Assembly (NCBI GenBank): GCA_951406725.2
Contig: OX597821.1
Location: 102,238,001-102,302,000 of the forward strand
Length of the DNA: 64,000 bases
Reading direction: 5' to 3'
Source of the DNA: Octopus vulgaris
Lineage: Eukaryota
The first letter of the stretch is position 1. Every line of letters begins with the position of its first letter. Position numbers and translations under genes: made by a program. The notes under the pieces were generated by a model that saw only the letters and a program-made list of their open reading frames with translations, ran no database searches and was not told the DNA's origin. This document shows, piece after piece, positions 40,338-54,652 of this stretch.

Positions 40338-42393
40338 GAGAATGATGTGTTGGTAATGGGATGAGTTTGATAACAGTATAAGAAGCAAGGGATGATATTG
40401 GGAAAGCTAAAAAAAACCCCGAATCATTTGATAAATATAGTAGGAACCTGGACAAGTTTTCTTTTGTGATATTCTTGATGAAGAACATCATCACTTAGAA
40501 AATGACATTCAGTAACACATCTTCTACTAAAATCTCTAAAAGTGCTAGATATAAAATGGCTTAAAAGGGTTTGTCTTCAAACTACAAAGCAGACTTATGA
40601 ATGATATTAGAAAAGTATTCATCAGTGATAATAACTGTGTGAAAGAGATTTTCAAACATGAAATATTCACCAATATAGATTCTTTCTCCCTCTCTCTTTC
40701 CTAAATCAAGGAGGACTGTAGAAGGCTTTGGTATAAATGAAGTGAAGGTCATGAAATGAAACCACAAAAGAAAAGATCTGGGCAGGAAGACTGATCCCAA
40801 ACTGAGAGGGAACTCCAAAAATAAAATTGGTTTCAAATTTTGGCACAGGGTCTGTATTTTCAGGGGAGAGAGTGAGTCAATTACATTGACCCCAGTGCTC
40901 GACTGGTACTCATTTTATCGACCCTGAAAGGAGGAAAGGCTAAGTCAACCTCAGTGGAATTTGAACTCAGAATGTAAAGCCTGATGAAATGTCACTAAGT
41001 GTTTTGCCCAGCTTGCTAATGATTCTGCCAGCTTGACTCCAAAAATAATATAGGTTTCAAATTTTGGCACAAGGCCAGCAATTTTGGCTGAGAGGAAAAG
41101 TCGATCACATCGACCCCCATGTTCAACTGGCACTTATTTTATCGACCATGAAACAAGGAAAATCAAAGCTGACCTTGATGGGATTTGAACTCAGCTTGTG
41201 AAAAGTCGGGACAAATATTAGAGAGACAAGGCCTGAAATTTGAGGGAGGTGGTCAGTCAATTACATCCATCCCAGTGTTCAACTGGCACTTTATTTTATC
41301 TACCACAAAACAATGAAAATCAAAGTTGACCTTGACGGGACTTGAACTCAGATTGTGAAGGACCGGGACAACAAGGTCTGAAATTTGAGGGAGGTGGTCA
41401 GTCAATTACATCCACCCAAGTGTTCAACTCACACTTATTTTATTAACCCTGAAAGGATGAAAGATAAAGTTGGCCTCGGTGGAATTTGAACTCAGAATGT
41501 AAAGACAGATGAAATACTGCTAAGCATTTTGCCCTGCATGCTAACGAATCTGCCAGCTCACCGCCTTAACTCCAAAATTTATATCGTGACCAATAACTAC
41601 TTAGCAATTCCTGTTGTTCACAGCAGTTTTAGCAACACTTGTTATTCACTAAAACTTGGCAATGTCTGTTATTCATTACAACTTGGTAATACCTGCTGCT
41701 TTGATATGATAAACTGGTCCTTACAAGTCTTGTGCTGTAAACTGATCCTTAAAACATTTGTCCATAAATTTCTCCCCTGTCTCAGAATATGCCATCCTAG
41801 AGCTGACATTAATTGAATATTTTTGCCCTGAAACTAAGATGGGTAGATGTCTATTACAGGAAGTCATTGCATAAAAAAGTAAGCAAAAAGAAAATGAAAA
41901 TAAATAATTCATGCATGTGACTATGACAAGACTGCTGGAATTTAAGAGAATATAGGAAATGAGAGAGGATTTTACATTGTGATAAAGGATTGGGGGAATT
42001 ATAAGAAAAACTTTGATATGAAGAACTAGGATTTTTAAACACATTAAATACAGTAAACAAGGTAATAGAAATACACAAAACCAGAAGGACCAGAAGGACT
42101 TGAGGATTCATTGAGAGGAAAAGCATTTGAATAAAAGTTCTTCAAGGCAGTGCACGACTGTGGCCACAGTCTAATGGCCTGAAACAAATAAGAGATTAAA
42201 GATATATATATATATATATCATCATCATCATCATCATTTAACGTTCGCTTTCTATGGTAGCATGGGTTGGACGATTTCACTGAGGACTGGTGAACCAGAT
42301 AGCTGCCCAAGGCTCCAATCTTGATCTGGCAGAGTTTCTACAGCTAGATGCCCTTCCTAATGCCAACCACTCTGAGAGTGCAGTGGGTGCTTT

Positions 42394-42426
<33 letters not shown>

Positions 42427-42522
42427 TATACCTTACAACTTCACTTTGTTATATATATATATATATATATATATAAACTTACTTGGAAATGGATGCGTAG
42501 CATTCAATTAAATAATAACATA

Positions 42523-42561
<39 letters not shown>

Positions 42562-42984
42562 TATATACATAGATATATATATTATTTATACATATGTATA
42601 TATATATATATATAGTAAAGATCATTTGCCAAGTCCTGATTAGGATGAATGTTATTGTTATTTAACCCCAGGAAACATTGTCGCCAGCTGGCTACCGACA
42701 CACAATCTGCGTCCTTATATTTTCGAAGAAAGGAGCTTAGAGTTCCTGCTCCGCTCAGAATTCAAATTTACAGAAAACAAAAGATAAAGACAGGTAAATG
42801 AACAACAAGCAGGTGTATTATATATTATATATATATATAAAATGATAAAAGGAAAATGGAGAGTTCAAACTGACATATGTTAATTCATTAACATAATATT
42901 AATAATCCTTAGCAAATGTGGGGATAAGCAAGTAAGACACATCAATATATAAACTATATTAAATACATCAAATACAATATATAT

Positions 42985-43380
42985 ATGGCTCCTGTGCTGG
43001 TGGCACATAAAAAGCACCATCCGAACGTGGCCGATGCCAGCGCCACCCCAACTGGCTTCTGTGCCGGTGGCACATAAAAAGCACCATCCAAACGTGGCCG
43101 TTGCCAGCGCCGCCTTAGCTGGCTTCCGTGCCGGTGGCACGTTAAAAGCTCCAACCGATCGTGGCTGATGCTGGACACCCCTGGCACCTGTGCAGGTGGC
43201 ACGTAAAAAGCACCCACTACACTTGCGGAGTGGTTGGCGTTAGGAAGGGCATCCAGCTGTAGAAACTCTGCCAGATCAGACTGGAGCCTGGTGCAGCCCC
43301 TGGCTTCCCAGACCCCAGTCGAACCGTCCAACCCGTGCTAGCGCGGAAAACGGACGTTAAACGATGATGATGTTGATGAT
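42985..43380 (+). mobile_element. SINE-like family with (GAT)n tail and a variable number of ~60-bp head repeats (also 1-340 -, 19365-19610 +, 35040-35315 +, 35385-35760 -, 55660-56060 +, 59725-60170 +)
   Basis: Shared body gtggttggcgttaggaagggcatccagctgtagaaac...ccaacccatgctagcatggaaa..cgttaaacgatgatgat. Confidence 0.85.
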
Positions 43381-43492
43381 ATGTATGTATACATATAAAA
43401 CGGACCAGCTTACACATGTGAAAATGATAGAAAATTAAAGAGAAAATTTATATATGGAGAATATCTGAATCTCATGTCTGAACTATATGTGC

Positions 43493-43562
<70 letters not shown>

Positions 43563-43950
43563 TATATATATATATATAGGCGTAGGAGTGGCTGTGTGGT
43601 AAGTAGCTTGTTTACCAACCACATGGTTCTGGGCAAGTGTTTTCTACTATAGCCTCGGGCAGACCAAAGCCTTGTGAGTGGATTTGGTAGACGGAAACTG
43701 AAAGAAGCCTGTCGTATATATGTATATATATATGTGTGTGTGTCTGTGTTTGTCCTCCCAACATCGCTTGACAACCGATGCTGGTATGTTCATGTCCCCG
43801 TAACTTAGCGGTTCAGCAAAAGAGACCAATAGAATAAGTACTAGGCTTACAAAGAATAAGTCCTGGGGTCGATTTGCTCGACTAAAGGCGGTGATCCAGG
43901 ATGGCCGCAGTCAAATAACTGAAACAAGTAAAAGAGTAAAGCATAAAGAG

Positions 43951-43999
<49 letters not shown>

Positions 44000-44357
44000 A
44001 CAAGTTTTCTTTTAACAACTTCAGTAGATTGCGACAATAGTCAATTTATTTTGTGCTGACATTAAAAAATTTACTTTTTAAACTATTATCCACAATTATT
44101 TCAGAATTTACAAAAGACTTCTCTGGTTTGCTGTTTAATAATGACAAATACCTTTGATCTTTTGAATTTGTCCTGTATGAAGTGACGGCTGTCTGGCAAC
44201 AGATGAATTGCTTTCATTTTCTCTTTATTTGCTTATATTCCATTTTTGGTTATGACAAAAAACAAAAAAGTCTTATTTTTGCCAGTTTGGGCTGTAAGTG
44301 TTGTATGATTTCTTCATTTCAGTGCATCAAGACATGCATGTATATGTATATATGTAA

Positions 44358-44408
<51 letters not shown>

Positions 44409-44496
44409 TACATCTACATGTATTGTACATGTATATATATTCATTTACACATACACTCATTCATATATACACACATACACATACATATATACACAC

Positions 44497-44547
<51 letters not shown>

Positions 44548-44583
44548 CATACACATACATACATACACACACTCACACACACA

Positions 44584-44662
<79 letters not shown>

Positions 44663-45745
44663 TTGTATCAGCACAGGTGCCAGGCATTGCCAGCCTTGCC
44701 TGGCACTTGTGTCGGTGGTACGTAAAAAGCACCCACTACACTTACAGCGTGGTTGGCATTAGGAAGGGCATCCAGCTGTAGAAACACTGCCAGATCAGAC
44801 TGGAGCCTGGTGCAGCCTTCTGGCTTCCCAGATCCCCAGTCGAACCGTCCAACCCATGCTAGCATAGAGAACGGATGTTAAACGATGATGATGATATATA
44901 TATATATATATATATGTATGTATATATATACTCCATTTGTTTATCATTTGGCAGTTAAGATTTGCCATTATCCCTGCATTATATGTTGATCTCTAGTTTT
45001 TTGAGGTGAGCTTTCAGGGTTAAAGATTCCCTTTGTATGTCAAAATTTTAATTTTAGAAGGATTTTAAAATTTAGCAATAGCTCCATTTCTACATCAACC
45101 AGATAGTCAAGTGTCCTTAAACATTGCTTATTACAATGTGCTTCCATTCTTCTCTTGATTGAAGTGTTCTGAGTTCAAATCGCACCAATGACAGCTCTTT
45201 CCTTTATCTTTGTAGGAGTCAATAAAATAAAATCAACACAAGGTAGTGGACTGGCAGAAGTATCAGAGCATTGGATTGGATGCCCTCTGGTATTTGTTCC
45301 TCTTCTATGTATCCTGAGTTCAAATCTCACTAAGGTCTTCATGGGTGGTAGAGTTAATCTGTTGCCCAGTTTTATATCACCACCTGCCAACCTTGGGTGC
45401 CTTTAGCAGGGACCATTCTATTGCATTTGGACCAGGCTTCTATTTTGTGGACACCTCCCTCTCAGTAGTATAGCTGAGGGGTGGGGTGTTCAGGTGGGGA
45501 TGGTCTATCCTGGGCAATGCTTTTATGGAGGTGGCGTGTTTCTGCTGCATAAGTCTAACTAAAACTGATGTTTATTCTACTGGACTCTTTTGCTGAGCTG
45601 CTAGGTTACTGGGTGTAAACACACCAACACTGGTTGTCAAGTTATGGTGGAAGACAAGCACACATGTACACACACACACAAACGCATGTCTGCTGAGATG
45701 ATTTGAAAACACAACACCTAATAACTTAATGGTATATATTTTTTA

Positions 45746-45827
45746 CTCTTCTGATGAGATTTTGCCTAATACAATGATTTAATTATTGTAATTTAATCTT
45801 TAGGCTAAATCGAAACAGCTGTAAGAG
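45746..45827 (+). ncRNA. Minimal type I hammerhead ribozyme (Penelope type) with intact core
   Basis: CTCTT-CTGATGA-GATTTTGCCTAA...TTAGGCTAAATC-GAAA-CAGCTG-TA-AGAG; palindromic ACAGCTGT in place of helix III. Confidence 0.75.
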
Positions 45828-48800
45828 AATATGTTGGATTTTTTGCACTTAATAAATCATATTTATGCTACATCTCCATTCTTTAAATCTTACTTATATA
45901 TATATATATTGGCCTGCTCACTTAGCCAGCGGGGTGGCATCCTTTGAAGGCTAAAACAATGAGAAGCGCATTGTGACCAACGATGTGTAGCAACATCTGA
46001 TAGCCTGGTCGGTCATGGTGATCACGGTGATATATATATATATATGATGGGCTTCTTTCAGTTTCTGTTTATCAAATCCACTCACAAGGCTAACTAGGCT
46101 TATACCCACCCACCACCTGGGGGACAAGTGCTGCAAACTCAAGGGCTGTCCCAAGCAACACATACGCACACACACACTCACACACACATACACTAGTTAC
46201 ATCACACCTCCTTCCCACCAATTTTGGAATTCCTGTAAACAGTATCTTCATCCAAATGTTGTGTTTCAATGAATAAAGAAGTCTTTCAACGATCGTAGCC
46301 TATTTTCTCAAACTGTCAAACTTTGGAACTGTCTTCCTCAAGTCTACAGTAAATTCCTTCCTTTTATCTTAATTTCTTCTTCTTCATAATACTTTACACT
46401 AAGTGGCTTTTCACCTTGTTTGAGACTTTCAATTAAAAAGAAAAAGGAAGAAAGAAAGAAAAAGAGGTTATGATTGTTGTCTTCTCTCCTGATTAAAAGA
46501 TGAAGAAAGTAAAAACAAACAAAGAAAACTGTTTATTTTACCAATTATATCGTTTGTTCTTCACCTATTTTACCTGCCTGGTTATAAGCCTTTTCACAAT
46601 TTTAGAATTGAATGACTTTGACAAAGATTATTTTCTTTATTCAAAGATATTTGTTTACAGCTTCTGTATCATTGTCATTGTTGTAGCTGAGTTCCAGTTG
46701 TCAACTTTGATTGAACAGAGCTATGATCAAAGCACAGAATGTAGCATTTAATCCCTTCTTTGTTACAAGGTATAATGCTGTCACTAGAACTACCACATGT
46801 ACTTGTGTATAAGTCATATCTCCTCATTTACTTTTAAATCTTGATTCAAAATTTTCTCCCTTCATAGTTTTAGCTTTGCTCCATATATAAGTTACACACT
46901 ATTTTTTCCAGTTAAGCCGAAACATAAAATAGCGTGGTTTATACATGAGTAAATATTTTACATCATCCTGGCAAATTGTTCTTCTCTTTTTAAAACTGTG
47001 GTGTGCTGCTTGAGAGGTAAATATACCTGCTGTTTCTAGTTGGTCAAGAAACCATGTTGATGAACCCCTTGCTTCCTCTTTGGATTGTTTACACATGTTT
47101 TGAATGCCACAAGCAGTGTTCAGTGAACACTTATTTGTATTGGCCAGCTCAGTTTCATAGACATTCATTTACATAGCAACAGGAGACAACCAACAGGCAA
47201 AGACACTTAGAAACCAATTGTGTTTTTTGATTTTTGTAAATTAAAACTATTAAATGCTTTAATAACCAGGACAAATAATACAGACAGTGGGAGATTTATG
47301 TAGATAATAGGAAATTTGTAGGGATGATGACCACATGTACCAACAATGTGTGGTTCCAGCTGTGTTCACAACAATCTATGGCTCCAGTTTCAATTTCAGG
47401 GTAGGGTAATTTGGAAGACTATCTTCCATCATAGCCATGAGATCATTAATACTGTGTAAGTGGAATTTAGTTGATGAAAACTGTATGGAAGCCTGTCATA
47501 TGTGTGTATGTGTGTGTGTGTGTATATCTTTCATCTTTTGGCTTTTACTTGTTTCAGTCATTACACTGTGGCCATGCTGGGGCACCACCTTGAAGAATTT
47601 TAGTTAATCGAATCAACCCCAGTACTTGGTTTTTTAAAGCCTGGTACTTATTCACTCAGTGCCTTTTGCTGAACTGCTAAACATACAAACACTGGTTGTC
47701 ATAGCGTTTATGGGGAGACAAATACACACACACACACACAAAGTTGACTATAACTTCCAGAAATAGGCTTCTCAAGCTATGACTCTTTGATAAGCCCTCC
47801 TTGACAAAACTTAGAAGTCACAGTCAAAGTTTAAGAAATAAATAAATATTTGATCCTACTTCATGTATTGAGTTCTTTCTCCAGTTAATGATGTTCTAAG
47901 TCATTTAGAAAACACTACTACTACTACTACAACGTGTGTATTTAGGCATATAGTGTACTATGTTATCTGCATGTCTAGTTGAGTTATCTAACTTTACTCT
48001 AATGTTTATTTTACATTTCGTATGTAGGGGAAAGGATAGAGTATATACCAGACAAAAGCAAGGTTGATACAGCCAATTGAAAATCTTGAGGACAGACAAT
48101 TGTGCTCCAGTCTGGTCACAATCAAATAAATGATAGAAATAAAAGAAGGATAGGAAATTCACGTAGACATTAAGGAATAGAGATAAAGAAATGATCAAAG
48201 CTCCCAGTGTGAGGTTGAATAATAATTCACATTTCCTGTTTAACTCCTTGCTGATATCTACCTAGCAATCTAATCAATTTTGTTTGTAACTTAATAAATA
48301 CAACAGTCTTTGTAAGGCAAAGTGGGTTATTGATGTGTGATGTAACACATATGCTCATGAACATCGACCAACAGTGGGAGTGGATAGGCTCTATGTCAAG
48401 AGTGGGGTCACTTCGTCCCCCAGGTGAATTGAAATTTGAAGCCAGACTGCTAATGAAGTTCTCTAGAGACTCATATAGAAAACTGAAGACCAAAGCAATA
48501 TGTTGATATAAATTAGATACCTAGGAATCTCACTGCATTAGTACAAAGATCAAACTCCGGCTGCTATTGAGCATCGTCTTCTCTAACCGTCTTTATAGCT
48601 GTGAGTCATGGCCTCTCTGACACTAGAGAGGAAATTGAACATCTGGCAAAGATGTTTGCATGAGATACACCACATTTCATACAGAGACTGTGTCACTAAC
48701 CTGAAGTAACAAGACCTGGATTTTCATGTAAGCTTAGTCAGTTGGTGGCCAGCAAGAGCATGAACTATCCGAGGATGGATCCTTCCACCTTCCATGCTAG

Positions 48801-49218
48801 TGTACCCAGTGGTGTTTGCAGAGTCCCAGGAAGAAAGGGCATCCAAAGAAGAAATGGCTGGCAGTAGTAAAAAAAAGAAAAGATGTTGTAAGTGATGGCA
48901 AGAGTTGGGATGAAACTTGGGACCTGGCACTTGACAGAAATGCCCAGAAGGCTCTGCTTGCCCAATGTTTGGTGCATATAAAAAATGATGAAATGAATGC
49001 AAATTTTCTAAAAAAAATATTTGTTAGCTTAAATGCAGTGCTCCAGCATGGCCACAGTCAAATGACTGAAACAAGTAGAAGAGTAAAAGAGGGTGAATTG
49101 TACTAAGAAATAAAAGTAAGGAAAATGTGCAGAAATTTAATGTTGGAAAAAAAATATACATATATATTTTCCAACATAAAATTTCTATGCATTTTCATTT
49201 TTTTTTTACTACATACAT

Positions 49219-49289
<71 letters not shown>

Positions 49290-50663
49290 AATACATATAT
49301 TGCCTGGCATTTTGTCATTTATGATGACGAGTGTTCCAATATTTTTGATCAACAGAGCAGCCAGCTGCTCATAGAATTAACATGCAAGTGGCTGAGCACT
49401 CCACAGACACATGTACCCTTAACTTAGTTCTCAGGGAGATTCAGAATGGGACAAGGCTGGCCTTTTGAAATGCAGGTACAACTCAATTTTGGTAGCTGAG
49501 TGGACTGCCAATATAGTGTCTTGTCTAAGGATACAACATGTCACCAGGAATTGAACTCATGACCTTACAATTGTGGGCCAAATACCCTAATCATAAAGCC
49601 ATTTAAATGTACTGCTTAATGTTCGGTTATTTGATAATCAGTGTGAAAACTGATGGCTAAGATCTGTTGCAATGGATCTCTAATACTGCATACTTTGATG
49701 TATATACATATATTCACACACACACATACATGTACACAGGTGTATGCATAATTATATATATGCGTGTGTGTGTGTGTGTGTGTGTGTGTACATATGTTTT
49801 CACACATTTCCACTATTTACTTCTTTGTTTCTCTTCCTCTTGAAATCCCTTTTTTCCCTTTCAGTGACAAGTGTATGTTTGTCTATCACTTTACTTATGT
49901 TGTAGTTGTTATTATCATTATCATTAACATCATTATCATAATCATTATTATTAATATGTTTTGTTTCTTTCATTTCTTGTTCCTTTCTTTCTTTGTTATT
50001 TTTTTTTTTATTTCATTTCTATCTTTTTCTCTCTTTTTTTAATTTTTCCTTTTTTTTTTTTTAATGACTGATTAGAAAATATTGAGACAGCTTTAAACTC
50101 TGCTATACTCAGACCAAAGGTTTCATTGTAACCAAGGATATAATTACACACACACACACACACACGTGCATACACACGACATACATATAGTTTCATACAC
50201 ATATACATACTTACATATACACACACACATACATATAAATGTATATATATATATATATATATACACACATAGAACACACACACATACATACATATAAATA
50301 TATATATATATATACAAAGAACCCAGACTTTTATACACACATATACACACACACACATATACACATATACATACACTCATATACACAAACACATGCACAT
50401 GCACACACTCAGACAGACAGACAGACAAGCATATATTCCCAACGGATTGTTTGTTGTTCTGTTTGTACAAGAGCAATCAATTGATCGTATAAAGAATATA
50501 GTTAGTATGATGTTTAACAACAGTTACTCAAAATCTGTTTCAGTCCCTTCCAGTAACAACAACAACAACAACAACAACAACTGCAACGACAACATACAAA
50601 GAAACAAACAAACACATCAGAAATAGAGGTTAGTGCTTGCTGCTGCATCTCGTCGAATAGTTT

Positions 50664-50974
50664 ATGATGATGCGCAACAAGAAGACAGAGAATAAGATGT
50701 CACGTCGCAGGAGTTTGCGAAGAAACAAAATTGTGCTGAATACATACAGTAACAACGGCAAGAAGAACATGAATAAAAATGTCACCAACGAGAAAAACAA
50801 TGGTAGCAAGAAGCACCACCACAACAATGATGGCAACAACAATACCACTACGACCACCACCACTGCCACCACAAACAACAACAATAACAACAACATTGAT
50901 GAAAGTAAGATTCACAATCTTTTACCTGGGTTTTATGACAAAACCAAATCAACCGAACATGTGGAAAAATACAG
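50664..50974 (+). CDS. NSUN7: NSUN7-like gene, probable first coding exon with basic and poly-Asn/Thr low-complexity N-terminus
   Basis: ORF MMMRNKK...HVEKY ends at donor TACAG|gtaact (phase 2), compatible with the exon at 58009. Choice of start codon is uncertain. Confidence 0.55.
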
Positions 50975-50979
50975 GTAAC

Positions 50980-51036
<57 letters not shown>

Positions 51037-51056
51037 TATTATCATTATCATTATGA

Positions 51057-51290
51057 AGGCGGCAAGCTGGCAGAATCATTAGAACACCAGGCGAAATGCT
51101 TAGCGGTATTTCGTATGCCGTTACATTCTGAGTTCAAATTCCGCCGAGGTCGACTTTGCCTTTCATCCTTTCAGGGTCGATAAATTAAGTACCAGTTATG
51201 CACTGGGGTCGATCTAATCAACTTAATCCGTTTGTCTGTCCTTGTTTGTCCCCTCTATGTTTAGCCCCTTGTGGGCAATAAAGAAATAAG
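51057..51290 (+). mobile_element. SINE with Nin/Deu-like central domain; representative of many copies (2990-3220 -, 36565-36795 -, cluster 40830-41570)
   Basis: gagttcaaattcc B box followed by gtcgactttgcctttcatcctttc.gggtcgataaattaagtaccag, repeated more than 10 times. Confidence 0.8.
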
Positions 51291-52258
51291 AATCATTAGC
51301 ATGTTTGACAGAATGCTTAGAAACATTTCATCCATTCTTATGTCCTGAGTTCAAATTCTGCTGAGGTCGACTTTGCATTTCATCCTTTTGGGGTCGATGA
51401 AATAAGTAACTGACTAGCTCCTTCCCCCAAAGTTTCAGGCCTTATGCCAATAATAGAAAGAATTATTATTATTGTTGTTGTTATTGTTATTATTTATTTA
51501 TTCACTTAACTAACCATCTGATAAGAGTACACCAGGCACATGCATCACAACCATGTGTGCACAAAATGGTGATCTCATACCAAGAGAAACAACGCATAAC
51601 CTTGCAGGTGGGGCCCAGCTAGAATTTTCTTCAGATTAAGTAGCCCACCCTGCTCAAAAGGTCCCTCGATAAGGGTTGTTTAAGAATTTTGAATGAAACA
51701 TGCATGTTTTCAGAGGTGAATTATTCAAACCCCAAAGAATTGCCTTGATGTCTTTATCAGTTTGGATCGGCAAATCCATGCCAGCCAGTGGTGATTTCAG
51801 TCACTGGACTGGGGCCCCATTAGGGTAGACAGACAAAGTCATATAGGTTGTTGTCAAAATTATGTGATTGCATTAAGATCTTATGCACATGCGTTGTAGC
51901 TTTTTTAGTCTGTGGTTAATAATAAGAACCTTGGAATATACCCGATGGCTTTTCTTTGTGTCCTTTTTTTCCTACCGTATCAATTGATTCCATAATTATT
52001 ACATCTACTTTTCATTCTTGCATGGGTCAGATAGAATTAGTTACTCTCTTTTACTTGTTTCAGTCATTTGACTGCGGCCATGCTGGAGCATAACCTTTAG
52101 TTGAGTAAATCAACCCCAGATTTTATTCTTTGTAAGCCTAGTACTTATTCCATCTGTCTCTTTTGCTGAACCGCTAAGTTACAGGGACGTAAACACACCA
52201 GCATCGGATGTCAAGCGATGCTGGGGGGGGGCAAACAGACACACAGACATATACACAC

Positions 52259-52308
<50 letters not shown>

Positions 52309-52455
52309 CAAAAATGAGGGCAATGGAAAGAATTTCTAATGCCAAATATGCCGAAAAATTGGACATATTGTCCATTAACCATATAATTTTTTCACAATAC
52401 GCATGCTACTCGAAAAAAGGTCGACAGAAATTTCTAAAAAATTGAATTATTACCA

Positions 52456-52508
52456 TATCGGACCGATTTCAGAGTTAGCTACTAAGAGCCCTCTCTTCGT
52501 CAGTGATA
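52456..52508 (-). ncRNA. Minimal hammerhead motif, slightly decayed
   Basis: Minus strand TATCA-CTGACGA-AGAG...CTCT-GAAA-TCGG-TC-CGATA. Confidence 0.6.
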
Positions 52509-52669
52509 CATGTGGCAAAAGAAATAAATGAGATACTTACTCATACCCATTGAAGAAGCAAATACTAAGTCATGGGCACAACTAAGTACCCCAAATACAT
52601 CCAAAATAGAAATACTCCAGCCCATTCGAGGCACATTCTGTTTCAAAAAGAATTTTATCCTCACATTTG

Positions 52670-52702
<33 letters not shown>

Positions 52703-53139
52703 GGGAGTAAATCCAAATTTACAGGGAAAAATTAGACTTAGGATTAAATCTAATTTCACAGTATAAATATAAATTAAATTAGAGATAAAACCACTATTAG
52801 GCAAATCAAACAGTGAAAAACATAAACCAAAACATAAAAATAAAAATAATTAATATAATTTACAAAATATATAAAATTTATAATTTCAATTATTTAAATA
52901 TAAAATTATTAATTTATATTTATATTTATATTTATATATTTTTTTAAAAATAATTATATATAACTATCAAAAAGTATAAAAAGTTTATTATAAGATATGG
53001 CTTTACTTATCTTATAATAAACTTTTTATACTATTTTTACTTTTGTTATGTTACGATTATATTATACTTTAGTTTGATTTTAATTATTACTTACTATATA
53101 TAATTCAATTGTTATTATTATCTCTAATTTTTATTGTTA

Positions 53140-53537
53140 TAGTGAAAGTATCTGACATAAAATAGAGAAATGGTTTTGTTTCACTTTTAACATGTAATAC
53201 TGAAATAGTGGAGAAGATATGATATTGCTATGGGCTCACTCTAGGCAAGAAGTTGAACATTTTTTTTGCCCATGAAACTACATGGACTCTAAGTAAGGCA
53301 TGTGTAAAATTTAAATGAAATTGGTTGTGTAGTTCTCAAGTATTAGGGAATCGTAGTGGAGAAGATATGATATTGCTGTGGGCTCGCCCTAGGCAAAAAG
53401 TTCAAAATGACACTCCCCGGACCTTAAGTAAGGCATGTAGAAAATTTGAATGAAATTTGTTGTGTAGTTCTCAAGTTTTAGGGAAACACACAGACAGACA
53501 GACAGACAGACACACATTCTCAGTTTTATATATAGAG
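53140..53537 (-). mobile_element. Probable non-autonomous Helitron-like element with ~150-bp internal tandem repeat
   Basis: Minus-strand 5' end TCTATATATAAAACTGAGAATG followed by (GTCT)n. Two copies of tagtggagaagatatgatattgct...gttctcaagt. Confidence 0.5.
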
Positions 53538-54119
53538 AGATACATACATATACGATGGGTTTCTTCCAGTTTCCGTCTACCAAATCCACTCACAAGGCTT
53601 TGGTCAGCCCGAGACTATAGTAGAAGACACTTGCCCAAGGCACCATGCAGTGGGACTGAACCAGGGACCATGTGGTTGGTAAGCAAGCTACTTACCACAC
53701 AGCCATTTTTTAAGGCTGGATGTCCTTCTAGTAGCCAACCTTTACCTGTTGCAGGAAATATTTTCTCATGGGTGGGCATATTTTCATGGAATACTTGAAA
53801 TGAAGGACACAGCTTATACGGTGGTGATACTCATTTACGGTTATCATGTAATCTCAAGACAAATATGTATACATACACAGGCTATGAGCTTCTTTCAGTT
53901 TCTCTCAATCAAATCCACTTACAAGGTTTTGGTTGACCTTAGGCTGTTGTAGAAGACATTTGCCCAGTGGAACTGACCCCTAAACCATATGGCTGGGAAG
54001 CAATCTTCTTTACCACACAGTCATGCCTGCATCAAAAATTGTAAAGTACCAAACATGGAAAGCTAAATTTAAAAGGTCCAACTTGTACTGTCTTATTCTT
54101 TGACCTTTCTTCATTCCAG

Positions 54120-54173
54120 TTCAGGATCCTTGCATTTTGATAAATCTTCACCTTGTTTGGAGATGATGTTTTG
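54120..54173 (+). CDS. Candidate 54-nt symmetric (phase 2/2) exon of the NSUN7-like gene (SSGSLHFDKSSPCLEMMFW when spliced)
   Basis: Strong polypyrimidine acceptor tctttgacctttcttcattccag|T. Donor TG|gtagga sits just before an in-frame stop. The reading frame is preserved. Confidence 0.4.
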
Positions 54174-54436
54174 GTAGGAAGAGATCAAGATGTCTATCAA
54201 AGTATACACATTTTGTACATAGAGTAAATGTGTTCGAAAGTTGTGTGTGTGTTTTGTTCCCAAAACAGCACTTCTTTTAGTGCTGCTGACACCGCCAGAT
54301 TGAATGGTACTGCCCAGGTGTCAAAACCATAATGATATCCGTGGGGCAGCTGATGATGGAGGTATGCTGGATTGTTGGTATAGCTATTTTTGTATATGTG
54401 GAATAGTGTTATAATACATCCTTTTGATATATGTTT

Positions 54437-54652
54437 ACAAGAGAGTGCTGAAAAGTTCCTGGCTTTAGGTAAAAGAAAATACATGAGGATCCATTAATTA
54501 TGATTTTATGCAACATATTCCCCTCAGATTAATACATCTATTGCTGCGGTCCTTCAGTTTTTCTAAGCCCTGTAAAATAACTTGAGAGGTTGGGCTTCCA
54601 ACCAGGCCTTTCACGATACCCTTAAAACTAGGAACTTTTCAGCATCCCCACT
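54437..54652. mobile_element. Mariner-derived MITE
   Basis: tgctgaaaagttcctggcttt / aaaactaggaacttttcagca inverted ends. Confidence 0.7.

Noticed and set aside
41721-41900. Possible GIY-YIG endonuclease relic (also 34700-34890, minus strand)
   Set aside because: Similarity is too weak to support without a profile search.
47167-47180. RFX X-box-like ATTTACATAGCAAC upstream of the NSUN7-like gene
   Set aside because: Only one good half-site, 3.5 kb from the ATG; expected by chance.
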